The position numbers and the translations under genes are program-made. The notes below the pieces were generated by a model. That model searched no databases and had not been told where the DNA came from. It saw only the letters and a list, made by a program, of their open reading frames with translations. A DNA stretch of 64,000 nucleotides from Podarcis filfolensis (lineage: Eukaryota): assembly GCA_964270895.1 (NCBI GenBank), contig OZ185440.1. One strand, 5' to 3'. Shown here piece after piece: positions 62,747-64,000 of the stretch (positions are counted from its first letter, which is position 1; each line of letters opens with the position of its first letter).

Positions 62747-64000
62747 CTGTCAAAATTAATGTTTGAATTTAATATTTGAATTTTTTAGCATTCTAACCTG
62801 TCATTTGTCCTGTACTTTCCCATTTTCTAAGCAACTGAATAAATGAAAAGGCTATTCTCTTCCAGTCTACCTAAGCAAAGACCACACAAAGCAAGGATTA
62901 TGGGATTACAGAGTGTTAATAAAGAGGTGGACTTTGCTTTGTCAACCTTAAGTAGTATCTTACTACAGAGGTAGCCCAAGATATTTTGCTGCCTGCAGCA
63001 GAAAATATAACGCTGATAAGAACAAACCAAATAAATGAAAATTTGACTCCACTTGTGAATATGCCAACATTTGCTACCTGGGGGGGTTGCCTTAACCTGC
63101 CTAAAAGGCTTTTTCTATTTACTACTTTGCAGCAAAAACTTTCAGGGTCTATGCATAATGCTTTATTTTTAACAACACTTCTGACTTTTTATATGCAGCA
63201 AATGGTCCAAAGGCATAATAACTATGGTATCTGAAGTTTCATTAAGAAGTTTCAAACTAATTGACCTATTACTATTTTCATATTCAAAGCATGATTGGAT
63301 TGGCTGACAATTGGCTAACAATCCCATTTCAGGTAAAACAATGCTGTGTTCTTGACCTGCTCTGTACATTTTGTGGCTTTATAAACCAGAGCTTCACACA
63401 TTTGTGCACAACCACTTTGAACTTTCTTTCACACGTGGGAAAACATGGCTTAAAGGTGGCCTCCAGATCTCAGCTTGTCTGGAATTAATTAATTATAATC
63501 TACAATTTTCACAAAACAGGAAACAATGGTGGACTGTGCCTTCCTGGTTTGTTTCTCTTTTTGAAGCAGCAGCCTCAGGCTAGTTACCCACATTTGTAAC
63601 ATGTAGTTTGCTCCAAAGATATCACTAAGCAAATCACATTGTGAGGTATCTATCTTATCTATCTCTCACCTTTTTCTCCAGACTGGAACTCAAGGCAGAT
63701 TACAGATAAAACAAACAGCTAAAAACATTTTAAAAATCATTTAAAACTAATTACACACTAATAAAATTAAACCAATATATAAAAAAAATCTACTAAAATA
63801 CAGATAATAGCAACTATAATAAAATCACAGCACCAGCCCTTTCCTTGGAAATAGATAGTTCCTAAAAGCTTGCAGAAATAAGAAGATCCTTCACCTGCCA
63901 GTGAAAGGACAAGTAGGGAAGAACTTCTTGAGACTTCAAGCAGCAAAATTCTAAAATAACACTATTCTAACTTGATAGCTGTATGCCAACTTGAAGTATT

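Noticed and set aside
1-64000. CRISPR array, phage-defence or other prokaryotic system
   Set aside because: The window is intron-exon vertebrate DNA. The only regular repeat (40-bp units at 5401-5555) has no unique spacers and sits inside an LTR.

Overview
Eukaryotic (vertebrate) genomic DNA, almost certainly from a squamate and probably a lacertid lizard, judged by two full-length Sauria-type SINEs and other squamate-style repeats. It is not prokaryotic: I found no operons, CRISPR array, rRNA or functional tRNA. Two intron-containing genes lie in tandem on the minus strand. (1) ARHGAP29/PARG1: 21 coding exons (human-equivalent exons 3-23, 50248 down to the stop at 19742), all with GT-AG junctions and consistent phases, encoding F-BAR, C1 and RhoGAP domains and a C-terminal PDZ-type motif (AHFV*). 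The canonical first coding exon was not found and probably lies beyond 64000. (2) ABCA4: coding exons 1-3 (9389 down to 538) and its proximal promoter; the rest lies left of the window. Introns and the ~9 kb intergenic gap hold hAT, Tigger-like and Tc2-like MITEs, SINEs, L2/CR1/RTE LINE fragments, a solo LTR and microsatellites. Almost all ORFs in the supplied track are noise or exon read-throughs. I see no evidence of a wholly new biological system. The best leads are a candidate alternative ARHGAP29 start exon, an overlapping uORF in the ABCA4 leader, a CCAAT-array solo LTR in ABCA4 intron 1, nested transposon insertions and paired Z-DNA/hairpin tracts. Exon numbering and family names come from my recollection of orthologues and consensus sequences, not from a database search.
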